Positions 19,744-29,438 of a stretch of DNA of 59,094 bases are shown here, piece by piece (positions within the stretch are counted from its first letter, which is position 1; the number at the start of each line of letters is the position of its first letter). Under the pieces are notes generated by a model, which had not been told where the DNA came from, did no database searches, and saw nothing but the letters and a program-made list of their open reading frames with translations. The position numbers and the translations under genes are program-made. The stretch is taken from the sequence record SRR20825019_1943, one strand, 5' to 3'.

Positions 19744-20634
19744 TCACCTCCAATCCAGAAACGCATCCTTCACATGCCCGGCCAGCGCATCGTTGACCGG
19801 GTTGCTGCCACTACGCACGAGTGCGATCTGATACTCCGACAGCGGCGGCAACCCTTCCCGGTCGAGTTTTCGTAGCGGCGGGCGCACCAGGCTGACGGGG
19901 AACGGTGCAACCGCCAGGTCCGACAACATCGCCGCTTCCTGGCCGAAGCAATTATCGCAGGTGTAGGCAACCCGATAGGAAATATGGGCGTCATCCAGGG
20001 CCGTCAGCGCGGCCCGGCGCCATACGCAACCATGGCTGGCAAGCGCCACCGGCAGGGGTGACCGGTTGGCGGCGACACCCCCTTCGCGGCCGGCCCACAC
20101 CAACGGTTCGGTGTGTACAACTTCACCGCGTCGCTCCTGCCCCTCATTGCCAATGGTGACCAGCACCATATCCAGCTCTCCCGCATCGAGCCGGTCCAGG
20201 TTCTGCTGACTGGAGCCAACCACCACATCCACCTGAACCGCCGGATACGAGCGCGCGAACTGCGCCAGTACGCCCGGCAGGATACGGCTCCCCACATCGT
20301 CTGAAGTGCCCAAACTGACCCGGCCTTCCAAAACGGGAGAGAGGAACTGCCGGATAGCCTCCTCGTTCAATCGCAGCAGTCGCCGGCCATACCCCAGCAA
20401 CACTTCTCCCTCGGGCGTCAGCCGGACGCGACGGGCTTCGCGTACAAAAAGGACATGACCGAGAATTTCCTCGAGCCGTTTGATCTGCATGCTCAGGGCC
20501 GAAGGAGTGCGAAAAACCTGCTTCGCGGCCCGGGTGAAACTTCCACTCTCGGCAATGGCCACGAAGGTTCTCAATACGTCGGTATCCAGTAGCGGGCCAA
20601 CCTCGCGGTTAGGCGCAAGTTCGGTACTGTTCAT
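19744..20634 (-). CDS. LysR family transcriptional regulator (LrhA-like)
   Basis: LDTDVLRTFVAIAESGSFTRAAKQVFRTPSALSMQIKRLEE HTH plus LysR substrate-binding domain. Confidence 0.95.
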   Translation of the reverse strand: MNSTELAPNREVGPLLDTDVLRTFVAIAESGSFTRAAKQVFRTPSALSMQIKRLEEILGHVLFVREARRVRLTPEGEVLLGYGRRLLRLNEEAIRQFLSPVLEGRVSLGTSDDVGSRILPGVLAQFARSYPAVQVDVVVGSSQQNLDRLDAGELDMVLVTIGNEGQERRGEVVHTEPLVWAGREGGVAANRSPLPVALASHGCVWRRAALTALDDAHISYRVAYTCDNCFGQEAAMLSDLAVAPFPVSLVRPPLRKLDREGLPPLSEYQIALVRSGSNPVNDALAGHVKDAFLDWR

Positions 20635-20774
20635 AAGCCACCTTTCAATTTTTCTTAACTCAGATGTTAAATCTTTTCGTTTGTTTGATCAAAGGTGACG
20701 TTGCATGCTGATAACCATGCCCCCGCAAACACGCGAGGGCACCCATACTGATGACTGAACTGGAGATTGAAACG

Positions 20775-21095
20775 ATGAGCCATTATCAGGATTTTCGCCG
20801 CCCCCAGCTTCGTCCAGACGCCCCCGCCAAGCCCCCGGAGCTGGAGCTTTACATGCCGGCCACCCCGCCACTGGCGTTCATGGCAACGGTTGAGTTCTGG
20901 GTCAGAATCTTCCGGCGCAGGCACCATTTTCGTCGCCTGTTCCTGCCTTTGCTGAAGGAAGATGACGAGATGCTGGAGGACATCGGCTTCGAGAGGACGG
21001 ATATTCAGTGGGCGCTCAATCTCCCACTGAAAATCGACGCCCTCAAGGCGCTGGAGGCATGTCGCAGAGCGCGGGTTTGTTCAAACGTAAAGTGA
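20775..21095 (+). CDS. Small DUF1127-like protein
   Basis: Arg-rich RRRHHFRR followed by LLKEDDEMLEDIGFERTDI; RBS ggag; divergent from LysR. Confidence 0.7.
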   Translation: MSHYQDFRRPQLRPDAPAKPPELELYMPATPPLAFMATVEFWVRIFRRRHHFRRLFLPLLKEDDEMLEDIGFERTDIQWALNLPLKIDALKALEACRRARVCSNVK

Positions 21096-22883
21096 CTCGA
21101 TGACATCCGTATACTTCTCGTAGATGTTGCTTCTGCGCACCTTCATGGTGGCTGTCACTTCATCGTCGTCATGGTCGAGCTCTTTGGTGAGCAGGTGGAA
21201 ACGCTTGATCTGTGCCACTTGGGGTAACTGATCATTACCCCTGCTCACCTCGGCCTGGATCAGTTCATTCACCTGCGCCTGTTCTGTCAGGCTGCGGAAG
21301 GTGGTATAGGCAATCCGTTGCTGTTCGGCCCACTTGGCCACCGTGTCAAAATCGATCTGTATCAGGGCGGAAACGTATTTCCGGGCCTCACCGATCACAA
21401 TGCATTCCTTGATATAGGGGCTGGCCTTGATGGTGTTCTCAATCTCCGTCGGCGACAGGTTCTTGCCGCCGGCGGTGATCATGATGTCTTTCAGCCGGTC
21501 GACAATCTTGAGCTGGCCATTCCGCCACTCGCCTACGTCGCCGGTATGCAGCCAGCCGTCTTTCAGGGTAGAAGCAGTCGCCGCGTCGCTCTTGTAGTAG
21601 CCCTTGAACATGCTGCCACCGCGCATAATGATCTCGTTCTGATCACCGAGTTTGACCTCAACGCCGGCGATCGCGACACCCACGGTTCCCAGCTTCACGT
21701 CATCCACCGGCTGTGCGGTTGCCACGCCGGTACTTTCCGTCTGGCCATAGACTTCCAGCAGCGGAACACCAATGGTCCGGAAGAATTCCAGAATCCCGGT
21801 GGAAATGGGGGCCGCTCCGGTCATCGCGATGGTACATCGGCGCAGGCCAATGAAATTCTGCAGGGCCCGGAACACCAGCCAGTAACTGAGGCTGTACAGG
21901 CCTTTTTCTTTCAGGCTCCACTGCGCCCGGGATTTGGTCGCCATAGGCGAACACGCGCGGATGGCCCAATCGAACAATGCCCGGCGGAAACGCCCTGTTT
22001 CCTGGACCTTGATATAGATGGCGGAGTGCAGCTTCTCCCAGATTCTGGGCACGCCCAGGAAAAAGGTCGGCGCAATTTCCCGCAAATCCTCCTGAACGGT
22101 CCGCAGGCTCTCGCCAAAGCTGACGGAGCTGCCTGCGTAAACCGGCGCAATGTTGGTTACCGCCTGCTCCGCCACATGGCACAGAGGCAGGTAGGAAAGG
22201 CTAGAACCGCGATCGTCCGCCTGCAGCAATTCAATAAGACCGGGAGCGGCAGCGTGAAGATTGCCCCAACTGATCATCGCGCCCTTCGGCCGTCCGGTGG
22301 AACCGGAGGTGTAGATCATCAGTGCGGTGTCATCCATCCGCTGGCCATCCAGCAATTCATCCACCAGTCCGGGATGGTCTTTTTCATACTCCCGGCCTCT
22401 GGCCTCAATGTCCTCGAACGCCGCCGGGGGCTCTGGATAGTAGCGAAGGCCTTTCATATCAATGGCAATGGTGTGCTTCAATTGGGGCAGTTGGGGCCAG
22501 GCTTCCAGCACCTTGTCGGTCTGCTCCTGATCCTCACACACCACAATGCTTGCATCGCTGTGTTCGAGAACGTAGGCCACTTCATTCCAGGGACTGGTCG
22601 GGTACACCCCAACACAGATGCCCCGAACCATGCCAATACCCATCTGGGCAATCACCCACTCCACCCGATTTTCCGAGATGATGGCCACATGGCCGCCCTC
22701 CTCCAACCCCATGGCGCGGAGGCCAAGACCAAAATGCCGGGCGCGATTGTAGTAGTCCCGCCAGGAATAAGCCTGCCAGATACCGAAGTCTTTCTGACGC
22801 AGGGCCAGGGCATCCGGCCGCTCTTGCGCATGGGCCCGCAGCATCTGGGTCAGGGTCAGATCAGGTAGGGAAGGTGTTGTCAT
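21081..22883 (-). CDS. Long-chain-fatty-acid--CoA ligase (AMP-dependent synthetase)
   Basis: YTSGSTGRPKG, YLPLCHVAEQ, YGQTE, GWLHTGDVG, DRLKDIMITAGGKN; ATGA overlap with the upstream gene. Confidence 0.93.
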   Translation of the reverse strand: MTTPSLPDLTLTQMLRAHAQERPDALALRQKDFGIWQAYSWRDYYNRARHFGLGLRAMGLEEGGHVAIISENRVEWVIAQMGIGMVRGICVGVYPTSPWNEVAYVLEHSDASIVVCEDQEQTDKVLEAWPQLPQLKHTIAIDMKGLRYYPEPPAAFEDIEARGREYEKDHPGLVDELLDGQRMDDTALMIYTSGSTGRPKGAMISWGNLHAAAPGLIELLQADDRGSSLSYLPLCHVAEQAVTNIAPVYAGSSVSFGESLRTVQEDLREIAPTFFLGVPRIWEKLHSAIYIKVQETGRFRRALFDWAIRACSPMATKSRAQWSLKEKGLYSLSYWLVFRALQNFIGLRRCTIAMTGAAPISTGILEFFRTIGVPLLEVYGQTESTGVATAQPVDDVKLGTVGVAIAGVEVKLGDQNEIIMRGGSMFKGYYKSDAATASTLKDGWLHTGDVGEWRNGQLKIVDRLKDIMITAGGKNLSPTEIENTIKASPYIKECIVIGEARKYVSALIQIDFDTVAKWAEQQRIAYTTFRSLTEQAQVNELIQAEVSRGNDQLPQVAQIKRFHLLTKELDHDDDEVTATMKVRRSNIYEKYTDVIESLYV

Positions 22884-23689
22884 GACAGCCACCGTTTACG
22901 GCGTTTATAGTGCTTGATATCACGGTAACTGCGGGCTTCACCTTCCTTGCCACCCACACCCAGGTAGAACTCCTGAACGTCCTCGTTCGCCGTGAGCTTG
23001 TCTGCCGGCCCGTCGATCACGATTTTGCCGTTCTCCATGATGTAACCGTATGAGGCAATCGCCAGAGACACGGCCGCATTCTGCTCCACCAGAAGAATCG
23101 CGGTGCCCTGTTCACGGTTGATCCGCGCCACGATGGTAAAAATCTCTTCCACCAGCAGCGGTGCCAGGCCCAGGGAGGGCTCATCAAGCATGATCAGGTC
23201 CGGCTGGGCAATCAGCGCCCGGCCCAGAGCCAGCATCTGCTGTTCGCCACCGGAGAGGTAACCCGCCAACTGCTTGCGGCGTTCCCTCAGGCGCGGGAAA
23301 TAGTCATAGACCAACTCGTAGCTGTCACTCAACGAGGGCTTGCTGCCACTGAGTGCGTAGGTGGCGGCAACCAGGTTCTCCTCCACCGTGAGGTCTTCAA
23401 AGACACGGCGGCCTTCCATGACATGGAAGAGTCCGTTACGCACCAGTTTTTCGGGAGGCGTACCCTTTACATCCCTGCCCCGGAAACGTACTTCCCCGGC
23501 GGTCACCTCCCCGTCTTCCAGGGTCAGCAGGCCGGAGACGCTCTTCAGCGTGGTGGATTTGCCCGCACCATTGGAACCGAGGAGCGCCACAATGGCGCCC
23601 TCCGGCACCCGCAGCGACAGGCCCCGAAGAACCTGTACCGACTTGTTGTAGACCACCTCGATATTATCGATTTCCAGTAAGGCTTCCAT
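22880..23689 (-). CDS. ABC transporter ATP-binding protein (LivF-like)
   Basis: GSNGAGKST, LSGGEQQM, MLDEPSLGLAP. Confidence 0.95.
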   Translation of the reverse strand: MEALLEIDNIEVVYNKSVQVLRGLSLRVPEGAIVALLGSNGAGKSTTLKSVSGLLTLEDGEVTAGEVRFRGRDVKGTPPEKLVRNGLFHVMEGRRVFEDLTVEENLVAATYALSGSKPSLSDSYELVYDYFPRLRERRKQLAGYLSGGEQQMLALGRALIAQPDLIMLDEPSLGLAPLLVEEIFTIVARINREQGTAILLVEQNAAVSLAIASYGYIMENGKIVIDGPADKLTANEDVQEFYLGVGGKEGEARSYRDIKHYKRRKRWLS

Positions 23690-23697
23690 ACAGCCCC

Positions 23698-24906
23698 TCA
23701 GTCGAGGTGAATCCAGTCCGATACCGGCTCATAACGGCCTTCTTCAGCATTCACCCGCCAGATACGGCCGACCGGGAAGGACATGTTCCGCACGGTGACC
23801 GGAATGCCGATGATGCCGCCAGTATCCCAGTCCTCAATAGAGGCAAGAGATTCCGCCATGTTGTCTCCGGTCAGTTCTTTCCCCGCATCGAGCGTGCGCT
23901 TGACCACTTCTGTCCAGACCATGGCATTGAACCACCCCTGCATGTAGCCGGTAGGACGGTAGCCCGCTTCCGGATCGCTCTTCTCCGCCTGGGCACGGAG
24001 GGCATCAAGCATGGGCCCGCTTTCCTCGCTGTCGTAATAGTTGTAGGGCATTACGCCCATGTAGCCATCGGCATCCGCTCCCATCTTGTCGATGATCAGT
24101 TTGTCCGAGGACCAGAAGGTGCCCATGAACTGGGTATCGAGGCCCATCTGGCGCATCTGCACCATGAACTCGTTGATCGGCGACAGTACGTAGCCATGAA
24201 ACACCACAAAGTCCGGTCGCACCCGGCGAAGCTTCAAAACCTCGGCGGACACATCCACACTGCCGGGCTTGGTCACAATTTCCTCGACAACCTCGATGCC
24301 CAGCTCGCCCGCGCGGGCTTTGCCGTTTTCGATGGGGTCCTTACCGAATTCGGTATCACTGTAGACAAAGGCCACGGTAGGCATATCACCGCCTTCACCC
24401 TGGGTGGCGATGTACTCCAGAATGATGCCGAACATCTGACTATAGTTCGGGCCGGGAATGAACTGGTAAGGGTATTGCTCGTTATCCGTCAGCGCAGTGG
24501 CGAACGAGGCTCCGCTCATCAGAGTATTGCCCTGGCTATTGAGCTCAGAGGCAATGGCTTTCATGAAACCGGTGCTGTCGCCGTAATAGGTAGCCGGGGA
24601 ACTGCTACCGGAAATTTTCTTGAAGGCCGCCACCGAACGATCCACCTCATAGGCGGTGTCTTCCATCACATACTCGACCGGGTGGCCATTGATGCCCCCC
24701 TGGCTGTTGATCCAGTTGGTGTAGTCGGTCAGACCGGCGTGGATGTGAATACCGGCAAACGCGAACACGCCGGAGAGCGGTATGGAGCCGCCAAACACGA
24801 CGGGCTCCTTGTCCTGTGACATCACCGGCGCGGCGACTGTCAGCGCAGCAACCAGGCTACCAAGCCCGGCAAGCCGGCGACCTTTTTTGAGGATGTTTCT
24901 GAACAT
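23698..24906 (-). CDS. ABC transporter substrate-binding protein (LivJ/K-like family)
   Basis: Signal peptide; WINSQGGINGHPV, YSDTEFG; start 24906 chosen from RBS aggag spacing. Confidence 0.9.
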   Translation of the reverse strand: MFRNILKKGRRLAGLGSLVAALTVAAPVMSQDKEPVVFGGSIPLSGVFAFAGIHIHAGLTDYTNWINSQGGINGHPVEYVMEDTAYEVDRSVAAFKKISGSSSPATYYGDSTGFMKAIASELNSQGNTLMSGASFATALTDNEQYPYQFIPGPNYSQMFGIILEYIATQGEGGDMPTVAFVYSDTEFGKDPIENGKARAGELGIEVVEEIVTKPGSVDVSAEVLKLRRVRPDFVVFHGYVLSPINEFMVQMRQMGLDTQFMGTFWSSDKLIIDKMGADADGYMGVMPYNYYDSEESGPMLDALRAQAEKSDPEAGYRPTGYMQGWFNAMVWTEVVKRTLDAGKELTGDNMAESLASIEDWDTGGIIGIPVTVRNMSFPVGRIWRVNAEEGRYEPVSDWIHLD

Positions 24907-24965
24907 GTTCATTCTCCTTGCGGCTTCTTGTTGTTGGTGTTGCACGGGTTCCCGTGAGAGAACCA

Positions 24966-26009
24966 TTAATTCCGGAACGGCCAGAGGCGGAAAAAGCGAC
25001 GGATACGGTGCCAGATTTCCGCAAGCCCATGAGGTTCAAAAATCAGGAAGCCCACGATCAGGGCGCCAAAAATGATTTCCAGCATCGGCGACATGAACAC
25101 GGGCGCGTTGGGGTAGAACGGAGTCAGGGCCGCCGTCAGCAGTTTCAGCGCTTCCGGCACCAGGGTCATGAAAGCAGCACCGAGGATGCCCCCCAACAGA
25201 TTGCCCATGCCCCCCACGATCACCGCCGCCAGATAGAAAATGGACATGGAAAGCGGAAAGCTCTCCGGGGTAACCACACGGTAGAAATAGGCAAACAGGC
25301 CACCGGCCACGCCGGCGTAGAACGAGCTGAGCGCGAACGACATCAGTTTGTAGCGCAGAAGGTTAATGCCGAGAATCTCGGCGGAAATATCCCGGTCTCG
25401 AATGGCAATAAAGGCCCTGCCGATTCGTGTCCGGAACACATTCCGGGCCGCCAGCACCATCAGCACCGCCAGCGGCACGATGATGAAATACATCATGAAA
25501 TCACTCTGGAACGTCAGCCCGAACAGGTGCGCTGGCTCCAGGCTCAGGCCACCCATGCCACCGGTGACGGATTCCCACTCGGCAAAAATGAAGTGCAGGA
25601 ACACGCTCGCGGCCAGGGTAGCGATGGCCAGATACAGGCCTTTGACCCGCAGTGATGGCAGGCCCACCAGAATCCCGACGGCAGCAGCCATAAGCCCGGC
25701 CAGCAACAGCGTGACCGGAAACGGTAGGCCGGTGTTGATGGACAGCCAGGCCACCGTGTAGGCGCCAACGCCCATGAACCCCGCCTGCCCCAGGGAAATC
25801 AGCCCGGTAAAGCCGGTCAGGATGTTCAGGCCGGTGGTACTGATTACGGCAATGCCAACCAGGCAGCCCAGGTACAGCAGGTAAGAGTCGACGGCAAACG
25901 GGAACACCATGAGAATCAGCAGGAAAAGACCCAGCCACAGTTTTTGGGTCTGGCTGGTCCAGATTGCCTCATCGGCCTCGTAACTCTGTTTCGCGTCACC
26001 GATGCGCAT
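24966..26009 (-). CDS. ABC transporter permease (LivM-like)
   Basis: GLNILTGFTGLISLGQAGF, LRVKGLYLAIATLA, GRAFIAIRD. Confidence 0.93.
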   Translation of the reverse strand: MRIGDAKQSYEADEAIWTSQTQKLWLGLFLLILMVFPFAVDSYLLYLGCLVGIAVISTTGLNILTGFTGLISLGQAGFMGVGAYTVAWLSINTGLPFPVTLLLAGLMAAAVGILVGLPSLRVKGLYLAIATLAASVFLHFIFAEWESVTGGMGGLSLEPAHLFGLTFQSDFMMYFIIVPLAVLMVLAARNVFRTRIGRAFIAIRDRDISAEILGINLLRYKLMSFALSSFYAGVAGGLFAYFYRVVTPESFPLSMSIFYLAAVIVGGMGNLLGGILGAAFMTLVPEALKLLTAALTPFYPNAPVFMSPMLEIIFGALIVGFLIFEPHGLAEIWHRIRRFFRLWPFRN

Positions 26010-26010
26010 C

Positions 26011-26889
26011 TTACACTCGCTCTATTTCGTGGGTGCCAAAAAGGCCATAGGGGCGGATAACCAGGATCACCGCCAGCACCAGGAATGTTGCCGGCATACG
26101 GTACTCGCCCCCGAGGTAGGCACCGGCAACCGTTTCCAGCCAGCCAATGAACACGCCAGCCACCAGGGCACCGAGAATGCTGTCCAGGCCGCCAACGATC
26201 ACCACCACCAGCACACTCAGACCAATGATCCCGAACTGCGGACTGAGGCCGCCGGTGGCGGCCACCAACACACCGGCCAACGATGCCGCAAGAGAGCCAA
26301 ACACCCAGGCCATGTTGAATACCCGGCGCACGTTAATGCCCATGGAATAGGCCGCCGCCTGATCCGAGGCCGTTGCCCTCAGGGCCACGCCACCCCTGGA
26401 GAAGCGGAAATAAAGCAGATAAATAATGAGCAGGGCCGAACCGATCAGAAAGCCGTAGGCAATTTTTGGAGCGAGGTAGAGTGGGCCGATAAACACCGGC
26501 TCCCGTGGCAGAAAACGGGGCAACAACTGCGGATCGGCAGTCCAGATGAACTCCACCAGGCCCACCAGGATACTGCCGATACCGATGGTGACCATCACCA
26601 CCGAGATGGGGGACTCACCCAGCATGGGCCGGATCATGGTCTTCTCGATCACACCGCCCAGAATACTGCCGCCGATCACCGCCAGCGGCAGAGCAATCCA
26701 TGGAGATAACTCCATGCCCCCGGCAAACGCCAGAAACAGATAGGCGGCAAACATCATGATCTCGCCGATGGCGAAATTGATCACCCGGGTGGCCTTGTAG
26801 ATGATCACAAACCCCAGCGCGATAAGGGCGTAGAGCCCGCCCATGGCGAGGCCGGCCAGGCTGATTTCACCAAAGAACAGCCAATCCAT
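26011..26889 (-). CDS. ABC transporter permease (LivH-like)
   Basis: GGLYALIALGFVIIYKATRVINFAIGE, VIRPYGLFG. Confidence 0.93.
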   Translation of the reverse strand: MDWLFFGEISLAGLAMGGLYALIALGFVIIYKATRVINFAIGEIMMFAAYLFLAFAGGMELSPWIALPLAVIGGSILGGVIEKTMIRPMLGESPISVVMVTIGIGSILVGLVEFIWTADPQLLPRFLPREPVFIGPLYLAPKIAYGFLIGSALLIIYLLYFRFSRGGVALRATASDQAAAYSMGINVRRVFNMAWVFGSLAASLAGVLVAATGGLSPQFGIIGLSVLVVVIVGGLDSILGALVAGVFIGWLETVAGAYLGGEYRMPATFLVLAVILVIRPYGLFGTHEIERV

Positions 26890-27704
26890 CAGGCAACCTC
26901 CCCTTGCGGATTGAGCTTTCTTCGCAAACTGTCGATGTCGCTGTTGCCCAGATAGGCCTTGATCACCTCGGGGTTGTTCTGAACATCCGCCGGCACGCCT
27001 TCGGTAATAACCTGGCCGAAATTCAGCACCGCGATATGGTCTGATATGTCCATCACCATGCCCATATCATGTTCCACCATCAGCACGGTAATGCCCCACT
27101 CTTCCCGGATATCCAGAATAAATCGGGCCATATCCTCTTTCTCTTCCCGGTTCATGCCGGCCACCGGTTCATCCAGCATCAGCACCTTTGGTTGCATGGC
27201 TAGGGCCCGGGCAAGCTCAACCCGTTTTTGAAGTCCGTAAGAGAGGCTGGCCACCGGCTGGCGTCGTATATGATCGATTTCCAGGAAGTCGATAATCCGC
27301 TCTTCCACTTGCCTGCGAACAGCCATCTCCTCCCGCCGGGCCGGCCCGAAATAAACCAGCGCACTGAGCAGGCCGCTCTTCATGTGCACATGGGCGCCAA
27401 GCTTGATGTTGTCGAGTACGGTCATACCCCGGAACAGGGCTATATTCTGGAAGGTTCGGGCAAGGCCAAGTGCGGCTCGCCTAGGCGGCTTGATACTGCC
27501 CGGCAACTCTTGGCTCTGATAGCGAATGATGCCCTGCTGCGGTTTGTAGAAACCGGAGATGCAGTTAAAAAGCGAGGTTTTGCCAGCACCATTTGGGCCG
27601 ATAATGGTCGTGATGGTGTTTTCAGGCACCTGGAAACTGACATCCTGCAGCGCCTTGACGCCACCAAATGAGAGAGACAGGTTACTGATCTCAAGGATGC
27701 TCAC
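26889..27704 (-). CDS. ABC transporter ATP-binding protein (LivG-like)
   Basis: GTG start after RBS ggagg; GPNGAGKTS, ARTFQN, LSYGLQKRVELARAL, MLDEP. Confidence 0.93.
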   Translation of the reverse strand: MSILEISNLSLSFGGVKALQDVSFQVPENTITTIIGPNGAGKTSLFNCISGFYKPQQGIIRYQSQELPGSIKPPRRAALGLARTFQNIALFRGMTVLDNIKLGAHVHMKSGLLSALVYFGPARREEMAVRRQVEERIIDFLEIDHIRRQPVASLSYGLQKRVELARALAMQPKVLMLDEPVAGMNREEKEDMARFILDIREEWGITVLMVEHDMGMVMDISDHIAVLNFGQVITEGVPADVQNNPEVIKAYLGNSDIDSLRRKLNPQGEVA

Positions 27705-27953
27705 ATTACCTCCCGGCACCCCTGGCGCCGGGCAGACAGGCTCGCGAACACGCCCTGCTGGTACCCATCTCACGCCCGAAGATGATTGTCGTTGTTGTTT
27801 TTTCTTGTCATCGGGAGATCCCCGATCCAGATTAAAAGTAGTCCATTCAGGCAACATTGGGCAAACCCTTCTACCCTGTTACCTGTCAGACACCGAAGGG
27901 CGCTGAACAAATAATGAAGCCATAGGCCCACCACGATGAGAGAAACATCCACC

Positions 27954-28748
27954 ATGTCAGACTCATTGGTAACCACCGAATTCGACGCCGATACGGGCAT
28001 TGCAACGATGACTTTCAACCGGCCAGCAGCCCTGAACGCAATCAGTGTGCCCATGGCAGAAGCCTTCCTCGCCGCTGTTCAGGCTTTGAAAGACCGGTCA
28101 GGCCTTCGATGCATCGTTCTGACCGGCTCCGGGCGCGCTTTTATGGCGGGCGGGGATATCGCCAGTATGACCGGCTCTCCCGAACAGGCGGGCGAAGCCG
28201 TCAGCGCCATCCTGGGTGCGGTCAACCCGGCCATCCTCCTGCTGCGCAGCATGGACGCCCCGGTGATCGCGGCGGTCAAGGGGGTTGCCGCTGGTGCCGG
28301 GCTGAGCCTGGCGCTGATGGCGGACCTTGTCATTGCTCAGGAAGACACCAAGTTCCTGCTGGCCTACAACGGCATCGGCGCCGTCCCTGACTGTGGTGGT
28401 AGCTGGTTCCTGGCCCACAAGATCGGCGCTGGGCGGGCAGCCGAGTTAATGCTTCTGGGCCGAACCCTGAGTGCGACCGAAGCCAGGAACTGGGGCATGA
28501 TCACCGAGTCTGTTCCGGAAGCCGACTTTGAAAAACGAGTGACCGAGATAACGAGAAACGTCGCGAATGGCCCCACCCGAGCCTTCGGTGCCTTCCGACG
28601 GCTTACGGACGGAGCCTGTGGCGATCAGTTAGCGGCCCAACTGGAAGCCGAAAAGGAAGCGTTCCTGGAACTGACCCGGACCGGGGATTTCGCAGAAGGC
28701 GTCGCCGCGTTCCTGGCCAAGCGCCCCCCTGAATTTCACGGATCCTGA
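27954..28748 (+). CDS. Enoyl-CoA hydratase/isomerase family protein (PaaG-like)
   Basis: FNRPAALNA, AFMAGGDI, AAGAGLSLAL, PDCGGSWFL, DFAEGVAAFLAKR. Confidence 0.92.
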   Translation: MSDSLVTTEFDADTGIATMTFNRPAALNAISVPMAEAFLAAVQALKDRSGLRCIVLTGSGRAFMAGGDIASMTGSPEQAGEAVSAILGAVNPAILLLRSMDAPVIAAVKGVAAGAGLSLALMADLVIAQEDTKFLLAYNGIGAVPDCGGSWFLAHKIGAGRAAELMLLGRTLSATEARNWGMITESVPEADFEKRVTEITRNVANGPTRAFGAFRRLTDGACGDQLAAQLEAEKEAFLELTRTGDFAEGVAAFLAKRPPEFHGS

Positions 28749-28751
28749 CTG

Positions 28752-29438
28752 TCAGGATGCTACATCCTGGGCAGCCAACGCCTTGATGTCCGGGTACTCG
28801 TGTACCCGAACCTCCGATTGCGCGGGCGCCTGCTGAGCAAGCGCCGACACCTCATTGACCATTGCCCTGGCCACGGTGACCGCCTCAATACCGCGAAACT
28901 TTTCCAGTGGGCCGATCAACGCCCGGTTGATGAGGGGCATGGCTTTTATGCCCAGTGCTTCGGCGGTGCGCTGCTCGTTGCGTTCGCCCAGCAGCAGACT
29001 GGGTTGGTAGATGGACAGGCAGGGATAGCCCAGCGACTTTATGCCGTCTTCCAGTTCACCCTTCACCCGATTGTAGAAAACGGTGGAAGACGATGAGGAG
29101 GCAATGGCAGACATCAGCACGAATACCTGTGCACCGTTTGCCCGGCCAAGCTCCGCCGCTTTCATCGGGTAACCGTAGTCCACTTTACGGAACTGCTCGC
29201 GAGAGCCGGCCTTCTTGATGGTGGTGCCCAGGCAACAGACGATGGCATCCACCGCGAACAGATCACTGTGTTCATCCAGGCGGTCGAAATCCACTTCCTG
29301 CTGATGCAGTTTTTCATGGTTCAGCGGTAGCGTTCGACGCATGGGCGCAACCACCGACGACACGTCTTCCCGCGCCAACAAACCTTCGAGCACTTTGCCG
29401 CCCGTCAAGCCGCTGGCACCCAATAGCATCACTTTCAT
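28752..29438 (-). CDS. NAD(P)H-binding protein, YraR/TIP30-like
   Basis: LLGASGLTG, CCLGTTIKKAGS..FRKVDY, FYNRVKGELE, QPSLLLGER; ATGA overlap with the upstream gene. Confidence 0.9.
   Translation of the reverse strand: MKVMLLGASGLTGGKVLEGLLAREDVSSVVAPMRRTLPLNHEKLHQQEVDFDRLDEHSDLFAVDAIVCCLGTTIKKAGSREQFRKVDYGYPMKAAELGRANGAQVFVLMSAIASSSSSTVFYNRVKGELEDGIKSLGYPCLSIYQPSLLLGERNEQRTAEALGIKAMPLINRALIGPLEKFRGIEAVTVARAMVNEVSALAQQAPAQSEVRVHEYPDIKALAAQDVAS

Noticed and set aside
21318-22868. 516-aa plus-strand ORF
   Set aside because: Antisense shadow of the acyl-CoA ligase; no recognisable motifs; typical of GC-rich codon bias
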